Part shown: positions 36,801-46,790 of the stretch, piece by piece | Position numbering within the stretch: position 1 is the first letter of the stretch | How the letters are laid out: each line of letters begins with the position of its first letter | NCBI GenBank assembly: GCA_949358305.1 | Contig: OX442314.1 | Coordinates: 26,536,001 to 26,600,000 of the forward strand | Direction: 5' to 3' | From: Strigamia acuminata | Lineage: Eukaryota | Length of the DNA stretch: 64,000 nucleotides | Notes under the pieces: generated by a model | Told to the model about the DNA's origin: nothing | The model's input: the letters and a program-made list of their open reading frames with translations, nothing else | Databases searched by the model: none | Made by a program: the position numbers and the translations under genes

Positions 36801-39225
36801 CTACTTCTAACAAATTTGTTGCAAAACAGTCCCTAAACTCATTAACCAACCCGACTAATCTCAATTTGTTTTCTTCCGACACCCCCTCGCCCACTTTAAG
36901 ATCGTGTAATGTAATAATAGACTCACCCCTCGATTCCCTCGATTCCACTCGCTTCACTTCGCTGCATTGCAACGACGGTGCGTCGTCAATCGTTTCAACG
37001 TGTCCCAATTTCTTCCCTTTTCGCACTTGAATCGCCGTCGCCCCCCGGTTCACTACTGGTATTCTCATTCGTCCTTCCTCCACGCTCGTTACTCCTTCCA
37101 ACACCTCAAGTCGATCAAAGTTCGAGAGTTCGTTGCACAAATAAACAGCTCCGTCGTCGCCTTGCACTCTCATTTCAATAAAATTTATCGAATGTGCTTC
37201 GATTATCGTCTCTTCACTCGTCACCAACACCCTCGGTTTTGTTCGCACGTCCGGTTCGATGCGTCGAAGTCCCCCGTCGATCGTCGTCGTGTCGCAAAAC
37301 GAAATTTTCCCGCTCTCCACCGTCATCTTCACGCCTTGATGCTCCAAAAATGGCTGTCCCACCCAAATATCCGTCGACATCACCTCGTCGTCAACAACGT
37401 AAAATGGCACAGCATCCACCGTCACGCCGTCCGCTTCCACGCGATATTTCGTGCGGCCCAAATAGATTTGTTCATCTTGGTTGAGCCCGTAGTTAAATCC
37501 ACGTATTTTGTACGCAAATTTCGGCTCGTCAATTCCCGCCTGCCCCGCGAACGTTTTACTGACTAAACACAACTCACTCTGCGTGTCGATGCCTGCCGTG
37601 CACGAACGTCCCGCGACCGTCAGTATTGTTGCAAATTTCGGGATCATGGCTTCTCCTACGATCTTCTTGATTGCGTGCGTCTTCACCTCCTTCGATCTCG
37701 TCGATTTCCGCTCTCGTTTCGGTTCCGGACACTTGTTGGCGTAGTGACCGCTCGCCTCACAGTTAAAACACTTGACTTTTGGGCAATTTGCAGAAATGTG
37801 CCCCGTCTCCTTACACCCAAAACACCGGGCCTCGCCTGTGCACTCGTTGGCACGGTGCCCCTCCTCTCCACATTTAAAACAGGCCGTGTGTGATTTTCGC
37901 ACACTCACTTTCTCCCTCGGCACGACCAGTTTTGGTTTAAATTCGCTTTTTATCTCACTTTTCGCACTCACATATCTAGACTCAATTGTTTTCACATCTC
38001 GAATTATCTCGCCAATACTGCTATATGATTTCAAATAAATTGCACTCATTACCGTTTTGTTTTTGAGTCCGTCCACGATGTAATCACGCGCCTCCGCCAA
38101 ATTCAGCTTCAATTTGCCACACACTGCCCACTTCCGATGCACGTACGCTTCGACCGTATCGTCGGGTTTCTGCGGCGCCTGCATCATGGCTTGCTTTTCA
38201 GCAAGGGTTAATTCCTGGTCAGGGAAATCACGTAGAAAGCACCGGGCCCAATCGCTGTAATGGCGCTCCAATTCGCCCGTATTTTCTTGCCAAACTTTGG
38301 CCGCTCCTTCCAGGGCCGCCGCTGCGTTCGTCACCTTCGTGGTGTTCGTCCAGTGGTAGTCCTTTGCGTACTCCTCGACTATTTGGAGCCATTCCGTCGT
38401 GGTTCTGGTTTGGTCCCGCTCGCCCGAAAATTTTGGCAGCTTCGGCGCCGTTCGCGTCTTGCGCCGCGAATTTTCCAACTGCATTTGCGCAATCAGTAGC
38501 TGTACGGCCTTCTCGGTCCCCGTCGCATTCGGGTCCACCGTTTTTTGTACCTCTCGTAACGGTGGGTCTTCCTCCTCTTCCTCCTCGTCCTCCTCGTCGG
38601 CGACCGTCTCGCCTGCCGCCTTTCGCATCGCTCGCCACATCTCGACCGCCATCTCTGCTTTCCGCTTTCGGAACGTTGTGAGCCCGAGTTTCTTCATCTC
38701 GGGTCGCATTTCCTCCGTTCTCAGGATCAGGAGATTCTCAACTGTGGGTATTTCGCCCCTCGCAATCATCGCAAGTACCGCCGGGATGTCCATTGTAATT
38801 TTTTTTTGTTTAAAAACTTTTTCGACCACGCGTCGCTGCTTCGCTCTTTGTTTTTTGGGTTTTTAGGCCTCGCGCCGCTTTCCCCACTCTCTCTGCTCAC
38901 ACTGGATTCCGGTTCTGGTCACCACACTTATCTTTTTCAGCTCGCAATTTTGATAAACATCCCACTTCTGATGTAAAGTTATTGTTTCTCTCTCAAAAAC
39001 TTGTTGAAAACTGTTAAAATAACTGTTGCCAAAATGGCCACACAACCAGTCAGTTCTCTAGATTTAACAGGAATGCTTTATTTTACAAAGAATATACAAA
39101 ATGGTTTTTAATCTTTTAATCTTTTCAACTCGATGTTCACATTCCTCGCGTTGGCGCGCGCGTCTTTCTGGCGATCCTGTCGCCCTCTGGTGTCACTTCT
39201 CTGCACCGCGCCTTTACATTTCACA
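33847..39225 (-). mobile_element. Intact Ty3/gypsy element of mdg3/micropia type; 254-bp LTRs at 33847-34100 and 38972-39225
   Basis: The LTRs look identical and have TG..CA ends. TSD AATC. PBS TCAGAAGTGGGAT at 38959-38971. Confidence 0.96.
34114..38793 (-). CDS. gag-pol: Single-ORF Gag-Pol (three CCHC knuckles, PR, RT, RH, INT)
   Basis: [41 protein letters not shown]; reading frame uninterrupted. Confidence 0.96.
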   Translation of the reverse strand: MDIPAVLAMIARGEIPTVENLLILRTEEMRPEMKKLGLTTFRKRKAEMAVEMWRAMRKAAGETVADEEDEEEEEEDPPLREVQKTVDPNATGTEKAVQLLIAQMQLENSRRKTRTAPKLPKFSGERDQTRTTTEWLQIVEEYAKDYHWTNTTKVTNAAAALEGAAKVWQENTGELERHYSDWARCFLRDFPDQELTLAEKQAMMQAPQKPDDTVEAYVHRKWAVCGKLKLNLAEARDYIVDGLKNKTVMSAIYLKSYSSIGEIIRDVKTIESRYVSAKSEIKSEFKPKLVVPREKVSVRKSHTACFKCGEEGHRANECTGEARCFGCKETGHISANCPKVKCFNCEASGHYANKCPEPKRERKSTRSKEVKTHAIKKIVGEAMIPKFATILTVAGRSCTAGIDTQSELCLVSKTFAGQAGIDEPKFAYKIRGFNYGLNQDEQIYLGRTKYRVEADGVTVDAVPFYVVDDEVMSTDIWVGQPFLEHQGVKMTVESGKISFCDTTTIDGGLRRIEPDVRTKPRVLVTSEETIIEAHSINFIEMRVQGDDGAVYLCNELSNFDRLEVLEGVTSVEEGRMRIPVVNRGATAIQVRKGKKLGHVETIDDAPSLQCSEVKRVESRESRGESIITLHDLKVGEGVSEENKLRLVGLVNEFRDCFATNLLEVGKFENLKMDIELTTDRAVNLRRYPYSAAQQREIDEMIRELEGAGFIRKSNSAFNSPIVVVRKKNGEMRICIDFRHLNEATVKEHFPCPRIEEIFDGTHDWVIFSVFDLAAGYYQVELTEGAQEKTAFSTMSNKWQFTRMPFGLVNAPFVFNRMMEMAFGHLPREIMRRYMDDLLQGAKSVDELFLKMRALLIEMRKSKLTLKLSKCHFLCGEVNFLGLRLTAEGLRPGLEKTSAIRNFPTPVDVRGVRSFLGLCGYFRRFVAGYAVKCKPLTNLTRKNEPFIWKKECEAAFRNLINELVSAPVLKVFDNTRPCEIHTDASQEGLGAILMQGDEKGILHPVLYASRTTTDCEQRYHSTELELLAVVWAVQQFRMYVYGGEFVIVTDCEAVRYGLKKKELTPRIGRWVLQLSEYDFRTVHRPGLLMSHVDALSRNAEPCQQLKTEENEVMSQFRVNEIRLMGGDWLEAAQMSDIECREIRDALLQTNNEGLTERMQNKIRQFTLKNGHVCHILRRKGEKKRKRIYVPKGIQRQITREVHESHGHPATEGTMDAILKRFWFPRMRKFVKAIIGSCVKCLIYKEPGGRRPGALNVIIREKVPWHTVHLDHVGPFPKSGGYKYVLVAVCNYSKVTFLRATKSTSAKETCRKLRELCMRMWVPTRVITDRGTAFKNNEFAELCNELGVGHVLTSTENPRANGQVERTNRTLVPMMASCVVKADGSDWATHLNQIEVAINLRTNRSTGKTPMEVLYGFQPRTVIEPRLAAVAVEDNDEEEADFERTRDEAHDALTAAQVRQKKAFDRHRGPNKMFKEGDVVVVRRKALAAQGAAGKLSALYRGPLRIGRKISDTVYEVQSFEDPPRYRVTAPTDQIKRWEITDDADNASEDEGQDESEDRLE

Positions 39226-39673
39226 AATCTAAATTTTTTTTTTTACCGTTTATTTTAGAATATCCGAAGCTGGTGTATTGTGTATACTTTGCGCGTATTT
39301 TAGGGGCCCCAAGAATACAGAAAACTTAATAAATCAAAATGGTTAAAATAGCAAAAATTAATTTTATTTCGGTTGAAATTTTGTGCAATTTTTGTTACCA
39401 GTGCCGGAACAAACAGCACGGTGTACCGGCCCAATACAATTCAAATAACAGTCTCCATTTATTTGATGTCGGCTATTCAAACGATAATTTAACCTTTAAA
39501 TCGTGTAATCGGCAAACGCGCTCTATTGTTTCTAGTTTTTAATAACGAAATAACTTCTCACTTATAAGATAAACCTAGATAAACAATAAACAATTTACAA
39601 ACGTTAATTAAAAGTCGAATTTATTTTTATTTATTGTAACATTAATTTTGGTTCTCCTTTCCATAAATCGTGT

Positions 39674-39689
39674 GGCTCTAAAAAGAGCC
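39674..39689 (-). terminator. Histone mRNA 3' stem-loop
   Basis: GGCTCT-TTTT-AGAGCC followed by ACA and a purine-rich AAAGGAGAA downstream element. Confidence 0.93.
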
Positions 39690-39731
39690 GATCGTTGCAT
39701 CTACAACGAAACCGTATTCCCTTCCAAGTTT

Positions 39732-40115
39732 TTACTTCTTGTCGGTCTTATCGGTCTTTTTGGGCAAAAGAATGGCCTGAATGTTGGGCATAACGCCACC
39801 CTCGGCAATCGTAACACTCGACAACAACTTAGCGAACTCTTCGTCGTTCCGTATGGCCATCTGGAGGTGTCGAGGAATTATCCGCGACTTCTTGTTGTCT
39901 CTCGCAGCGTTTCCAGCTAACTCCATAATTTCGGCCACCAGATACTCCAAGACCGCAGCCAAGTAGACCGGAGCTCCACCACCGATACGATTGGCATACT
40001 TTCCCTTGCGGAGTAAACGATGGATTCGACCGACGGGGAAATTAAGACCGGCGCGCGAAGACCGCGATTTGCTCTTCGACTTGACACTAATGTTTCCTTT
40101 GCCTCGACCAGACAT
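39732..40115 (-). CDS. H2A: Histone H2A, divergent, intronless (127 aa)
   Basis: [58 protein letters not shown]. Confidence 0.97.
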   Translation of the reverse strand: MSGRGKGNISVKSKSKSRSSRAGLNFPVGRIHRLLRKGKYANRIGGGAPVYLAAVLEYLVAEIMELAGNAARDNKKSRIIPRHLQMAIRNDEEFAKLLSSVTIAEGGVMPNIQAILLPKKTDKTDKK

Positions 40116-40179
40116 GACTGTATATGTATGAAAATCAAACGCTGAATGACTGAATGACAATGAACCAAGTGAAACCGAC

Positions 40180-40265
40180 TTGTATAGTCAGTTTTGAGAT
40201 ACCTATGAGCCAATCACAGGCCACACGAGTCCAGAACGATCTTAAAACGTCACCGACCAATAGTA
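40180..40265 (-). promoter_or_regulatory. Probable H2A promoter: TATA-like element and two CCAAT boxes
   Basis: CTATACAAG on the minus strand near 40180-40188; GCCAATCA near 40209 and ACCAATAG near 40256. Confidence 0.5.
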
Positions 40266-43200
40266 TCGTTGGACCCTACCGGTAGTGGTATTGTCATTTG
40301 ACTGTTTGACATGTGGAATTTTGATTTTAAAATTATGTTTTGTTTATTAGTTAATCATGGGTTTGGGCAAAAAGAAAAGCCAGAGAGAATGAACGCAGAA
40401 AGCGAAAAGCGTTGGATGCTAAATTCGAATGTCCGTTTTTAATCAACTGTGTAAATGGAGTCTTCAATTGTAAAATGAAGTTTCAAGTAGACACACATCA
40501 GCACAGGTTTTCCTTATACTGTAGTTCTTTTCCTATTTGTTCCAGATATTTAGTTTCACATTTTGGTGCAAAAATGAAATTGAATTTTTCAGAAATCCTA
40601 CGTCATATCAATTACACAGTTCTGCTTGTAGAATATGAATCTAAATTGCCGCGCTAACATTTCTTGTTGAAATTGACTTGTGTTGACGCAATTATAAATT
40701 TCGCAAAAAGATTTGAGAGAATTTTCTCCACGCAAAGATGAAACACCTGTCTAGAATACATACGCCAGTTTTTTCTTTTTGCCGAATTTTGCAAATACAA
40801 ATACAAATAATACCGGTAATAAAAATAAATAATAATAGTTAATACGAAAATTACTCTAGCAATACAATACAAATTTTACACGCAAAAAAATCAATTTTTA
40901 CACTCAAAAAATCAATTTTTACGCATAAAAAGTCAATCGACTACGGACACCAGACACCTGACAGTTAGTCCGAAATAGTCAGGGGCCAGTTTTCTCAACG
41001 ACATAAAAACTGTACGTGTTGTATTATCTTACACAATGCGTTGTCACGATTAATCCGGTTGTTAACAAATAATCGGGCAAAGTTATTCGCGCAATGGGTC
41101 CAGATCCGTGGGACATCTTTATAATGGCTGCCGTTCAATTCGGATGTCAGGCAATTAGAAATCCGGGCTCGCTGGTAGACAACACTATTTTATATTTACA
41201 AGATCCGGCCTACTTATGGTTAAAGTAAAAAGAAATGTAAACAAACTCAGACTTCAACTTCAGGTTGGGGTAGAGAATTATCACTGAACATCATGGCACG
41301 TCTCCGAAACGTTACCAATAAAATGTATATATAAAGGAAGACCTCCATAAACCAATCAAACCGACAATCATGAAATTCGTCTTGGACGTACCGAGTTTCC
41401 AAGACGTTTTACTCGCCGAGACTGCAGTTTCACTTTGGAAAAATCACTTTGATTTCCATCTTGATTGGGAGTTTAATTGCCGCTGCACGAATCGCTGGAT
41501 CAAACTAGAAGACGATGTTCGTAAACAAGTGGATTCCTTGCCCATTCAACACCACTTAAAACCCATGTTACGCATGTGACGATTACCTTCTGGAGATAGC
41601 AATTGCTAAACTAAAGTGTGAACTATCCGTGTGAAAATGTAAAATATGCAAACCTGATGTTTTCTCAAAACATATAGCATTTATTCCGGTTTGAACCTTA
41701 TATAAATACTATGCCTACAAGTGGCTAAAATGACGAGAAGTTAAACTATACAGTTATTTGGCAAAAGCCCTGAAATAATATCATTTGAAGGCTTCAGTCA
41801 TGCAATAAGAATTTGTAACGGTCTTATTGCTGTGACGTAAAAGATGTCATCTATGAATGGCTTTGGCTTCTAAATGGTCCGGGGTTTGGTTCTAAAAGGC
41901 GTGTAAATGGTTAGGCTGGGTGGGTTATATCCGAGAGGTGCGGTTGACTTTTCTGTATCGTCACACACATCGCATCGCAGATAATTGTTGTAATCAATAA
42001 TTACCGCGAGATGTAACAATGTGAGAATAAATAGTCATATTAATTCTATGGAATTAATCATGATATTTTAGAGTCACAAACTTAACTTAAACTGTGAAAA
42101 TAAGTAAAATATATTAAAATAGCGCCGAGCTATTTTTTGCCCCGAGTGCAATCAACATCTAAGTTAGACTTAAATGTTCCGTCAAACCAATAACGAATTG
42201 AATCGAAATATCTCGCAGGAAAGGTTATCCATCGCCGGGAAATTACTCCACTCGGTCCTGGCTGGCGGGAGAGTAACCGGGAAATGACTCCGCGTCGATC
42301 ACTCTGATAATGCGTCTGTGAAATATAAATACTCCACTCTAGATTCTACATTACCAATGCGTCTGTGAATTTTACTCCACTCTAGATTCTGCACTCTACA
42401 ACGGAATGTTGGCATGAAGCTGGAGGGAGTGCGTCTGTGGGTTGTACCCCACTCTAGATACTACACTTAAATGTGTCTGTGAATTACTCACTCTAGTTAC
42501 AACATTTCTACAACGGAATGTTGGCATGAAGAGGCGGGAAGTGTGTCTGTGAGTCTTCTACCCACTCTAGATACTTACACTAAATACAAAGTATTTCTAC
42601 AACGGATTGTCGGAACGCAGAGAAGTATAGTATGTGCTCAAGTAATATCAGTATCAAACAAAAACAGAACAAGAGCGAGCTATATCCGTTTTGCAGGGGG
42701 ATATATACTCGGTGAGGAGAATAGCTGTTCAGTGATCCAATGGGATCACTGGGCAGTCAAATCCATCCAATCCCAGATCATAGGAAGTGGATACTCAGGA
42801 CATAGTCTTCTACTAGGTCCAAAACAGGAACTGGATACGCAGGACACATTTTGGATTAAGTCCTTTTGACTATAATCCAAAAGGAGTCCAACTCACAGTG
42901 GGTGATGAAGGGTGACTTCACCAGGTGTAGAGTTTGCACATAATTCAATAGAATTATGTGACAAATAAATCAACTAGCATTTAAACATCCAAAAGTATTT
43001 AAAAGTGTCTAAAGTCGCAGTGGAATAAAATATAAATAGTAATTTATATTTTATTCACTCAAAAATTGTCGAAATTTGAAATTGCCGCTAAAACGTATCA
43101 GCGCCATCTATTGGTGAAATAATCGTCCTATACTAACAAGTGTATGACAGTGTAACCGTCACAAGTCCCCCTTAAATATATGTTAATACCTGTATTAACA

Positions 43201-43821
43201 TACTATTTATTCCGGATATCTTGAGGATCAAGACCACACTGTCATCTATGGAACTGGAGTTGTAATCCTTGGTAAGTAAAAACCTTTATTTTATATCTTA
43301 ATAGTATAAATAAAGAGTATTTCTTAATCAAATGCTTCAAAAAATATTTATTAGGGTTATAAAACTTCTAATTATCAATAATAACTTCCATCTCTCTTTA
43401 CAGGTGGACTTACAACTGTATCAAGAAAAGGCGATAACTTAAACTAACATCAAACTCTTGTATCAAACAAATGATTAATAAAATTTAACAATTATTTTCA
43501 CAAACCTAACTTCTCACTGGAAATATAATGATTTGCAAAATAACACTTTACACGTTAAAATTCAAGTATTAAAATTAGTATTCATTTAAACAAACTCACA
43601 TTGACTCGTAATCAAACTTTAACAGAATTGTTAATTTAAATATTAAAGATCTTTGAATTATTCACAAAAAAATGGCATAAAATACACCTGAACCTGACTA
43701 AATCTTTGTTTCATCTCGGGTCAAGAAATGGAGATGGAGGAAATGGACTCGTTACTTCTGGTCTTGCCTTAAAAGGGAAGATATCGGGAAAGTAACGGAT
43801 CCCGACATCGTTGACGCTTTT

Positions 43822-45477
43822 CTAGTCCAATTCTTCATCCTCAATAAATCCTTCCATGGATGTGACAACTTCCGAGACGGCTGCGGGTGGAGAATTAAGT
43901 TGAATAGCTACCAATTCCGGTACTACATCTGGCTCAACGTCATGGATCAGTGGATTTAGGAGCATTCTGTGTTGTTCCTCGGTGAATACTTCCAGGGGAT
44001 CAGGCCCTCCTAACGGAATGGTGTTAGCGCTGGTTGGCTCGGAGAAAACCAAGTGATGGTCGGGTAAGCCAGAGTGCCATCCCTCACGAATCAACGGGTG
44101 TGCTGCTGCTGAGACCTGTTGCAAAATCTTACACCAAATAAAAGAGCGAGTTTGAAAAGATTCCGGCCGGGATGGATGAAAAATCCATTGGATCACGGCC
44201 AGTGGCACGCTCAAATCTGGAATTCGGTCGTTTGAAATCGACACACTAATACGCTTAGCTGCTTCCAATAAAATTGGGAAATAATGTTCCACTTCTGCCT
44301 TCGTTTGTTCCGTGAGTGACATGTCTGGTCTCGGCATATATGGGTGGACCAGTAAAATAACAGGTTCAGCGGCGTTGTTTACTTCGGGGAGCGGAATAGT
44401 CGCTACGATCATGTTGTTAGCCGAAGTTCCCTCTGGAGAAGCGGCGGCTTGTGGACCAGAATCGGCTGCAACCGGCGGAGAATCAGACGCAGTAACTGAC
44501 GTTGGTTCGTTCGTTGGGAGTTTTTCCGCCGAGACAACCGGAGTTCCATCAATCGCAGGGGTGGGAGTTTCCGGCTCGCGTTGTGGCTCCGTAAATCCTC
44601 CTCGTGGAGTCGAGGTGCTGGACATTTGCGCCGGGTCTACATAAATAGCCTGCTCCGGACCCTGGTGGATGAGGCCACATTCGCGACACATCGCCCAATT
44701 GCGTGCTGTCGGCGTACTTAGCCCCTTGACGATAAATGGAAGAATTTCTTCATTCCACATGCTGGATATGGCAACGCGTTTACCACCGTGACAGTTCACG
44801 CAGACTACGGCGTGAATGCCGGATAACAAGGACGACAACCATCCGCATCCTGCGCACAATGGGCAGAACATCAGTTTCGACTTTGGCATGATGTTAGTCC
44901 CCAAGGCGGCAGCTTCCATATCTCGAAATACGTGTTCTCTTCGCTGCTTCCGGTAACTTGGCAAATTTAGCTCCGATATCGAACGAGCTTGCGATGTTGG
45001 GCGGGTCAGCGCTTCGGATGAAGATGCCAACGTGGACTTGGTGGGTCCTTTGGACTTGCCGGTTTTGCCTCGACTAGCGGTATCGCGAGGATTTCGTGGT
45101 CGGGCAAACTGCCTGCTGGTGGTCTGAGGTGGAGCTTCTTCAACCGATTCTTCTTCTTGTGAGAAGTCATCTTGGCGCCGTCTCCTCGAGGCAGAACGGG
45201 AGTATTGTGACGAGTCGTCAGAAAAATCCCAATTCGGCGCATCATAGGTTACGACACGCTGACTAGCTTGACGGCCTCTGGAAGGACGCGAGTCGGTCGG
45301 GCTAACACCCATGGCGGTCCTAATTCGTGGCGGTACGAGATCCGGGTTATCACGGGCCCAGTTGGCGACGAGCTCGGGGTCAGAGGAGGGATTAACAAAG
45401 CGATAATCCGTCTCTTCCGACTCTTCTGGATCCCAATGCACGTACTGTCGCTTGCTAGCACGACCTCGGCGACTCAT
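43822..45477 (-). CDS. Retrotransposon ORF3: 551-aa protein of unknown function with three CxxC pairs; not env-like
   Basis: Long ATG-initiated ORF in the sense of the element, between pol and the 3' LTR; CPLCAGC, CVNC, CREC; no signal peptide or TM anchor visible. Confidence 0.8.
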   Translation of the reverse strand: MSRRGRASKRQYVHWDPEESEETDYRFVNPSSDPELVANWARDNPDLVPPRIRTAMGVSPTDSRPSRGRQASQRVVTYDAPNWDFSDDSSQYSRSASRRRRQDDFSQEEESVEEAPPQTTSRQFARPRNPRDTASRGKTGKSKGPTKSTLASSSEALTRPTSQARSISELNLPSYRKQRREHVFRDMEAAALGTNIMPKSKLMFCPLCAGCGWLSSLLSGIHAVVCVNCHGGKRVAISSMWNEEILPFIVKGLSTPTARNWAMCRECGLIHQGPEQAIYVDPAQMSSTSTPRGGFTEPQREPETPTPAIDGTPVVSAEKLPTNEPTSVTASDSPPVAADSGPQAAASPEGTSANNMIVATIPLPEVNNAAEPVILLVHPYMPRPDMSLTEQTKAEVEHYFPILLEAAKRISVSISNDRIPDLSVPLAVIQWIFHPSRPESFQTRSFIWCKILQQVSAAAHPLIREGWHSGLPDHHLVFSEPTSANTIPLGGPDPLEVFTEEQHRMLLNPLIHDVEPDVVPELVAIQLNSPPAAVSEVVTSMEGFIEDEELD

Positions 45478-46790
45478 TGCATCTTCAAGAAAATATAAAT
45501 TTTATTTGAGAACATGAATCAACCGTCGGAAATTAATTTAATTTCAAATTAAATTAATTGTCGACCAACAACTGGATTAATTTCATAATTAATTCTTAAG
45601 TTCCCTTGTTAGCGTGTTTCCTCCATTTTGTCGAATAATTATTAAGATTAATAATTATTCTCGATTTGGCATATAATTTCATTTTATCGTTTAAAACAAT
45701 ATCGCTGATAAAATATTCAAATTAGTGTTTATTTAATGAAATAAACCTAATTTTTTGTATCTACGCGACATAATAACTAAAAAACATATAAAAATATTAA
45801 AAAAAATATTTTTGTAAGTGTTTTTTAGCATCCGACAATAGTCATTTTACATGGTTTTAATTGTACGAATAATTCCACAATTCGTCCGAGTAAATAATTT
45901 ACTACCGACATCTGGTGGCGTTTGCCCCTATCATACACGTGACTTGTTAACACATGTCTGCTCACCAATTTCCAAGGAACTTAAGAGATATTTTATCTTT
46001 CATAAAATAAACACTTACTAACTAGGTGTAGTCCTAGAAGGGTATACTTGGCTAGTTTAATGTCTAGCTTCACGTATTTGCGAGGACTGCTCGGTTCCGG
46101 CGACGTTGGCCGATAAAGACGTTGTGCGGCCCGTGCGAATTCTAAGTCCGCCGTAATGAACGCTTAACCAAAATAAATGTTGTCAATTAATGTCAAAATA
46201 TTATAAATTTTGACAAAATATTGCTTAAATATTTACCGGGAATTCACTTAGTGAGTTCGTGAAAGGCTTACTCGCGATTTGTCCACGAGATGGTTTCGAT
46301 AATCAGCGTCGTGTCGATAATTTCTGAATTTGAACTGATATTCGTCAAATGAAAAAATCAGTAAAATAAACGATAAGTGTTCAAAATCATCTAGATTTTA
46401 ACTCACTAAATTTCAGCGAAAATCCGTTAAAGCGTCGAAGAGTCGAGAATAATCCTTGATTTCAGTCCAGTACAAAACTTGGCGAACAAGTGAGTGATAA
46501 TCTCAAACCAGGGGTTAAGGGGAGTTTCGAGGAGTAATTTGATTGGTTTGTAATTACTCATCTCGAAGTTTCTATTAACCCAAAGGGGGAAACACAGTTT
46601 CAAGTAAATGTTTACACGTAGATTAATTTGAATACAATCAGCTTGTGTAAAAAATAACTCAAACATTTGTTAAATTTTATCCACATTGGTGAAAATGTTT
46701 TTTTAATTAATAAAATTTAACAATCCTTCGTGAATATGATTGGAAATATTTATTTTTTTTAAAATAAAATATTTTCAATATATTGTGTCT

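Noticed and set aside
40116..40160. 15-aa N-terminal extension of H2A in the ORF track
   Set aside because: It begins at TTG; the canonical MSGRGK ATG is at 40115.
42311..42612. CRISPR-like repeat-spacer appearance of the LTR motifs and of the 26779-26896 repeat
   Set aside because: Eukaryotic TE context, degenerate or directly tandem units, no unique spacers of constant length and no cas genes.
42543..42869. 108-111-aa antisense ORF in both LTRs
   Set aside because: GTG/TTG starts, different stops in the two LTRs and no recognisable motif.
43710..43821. Coding-looking 36-codon extension after the ORF3 TAG
   Set aside because: No recognised readthrough context (TAG AAA) and too short to distinguish from chance without other copies.
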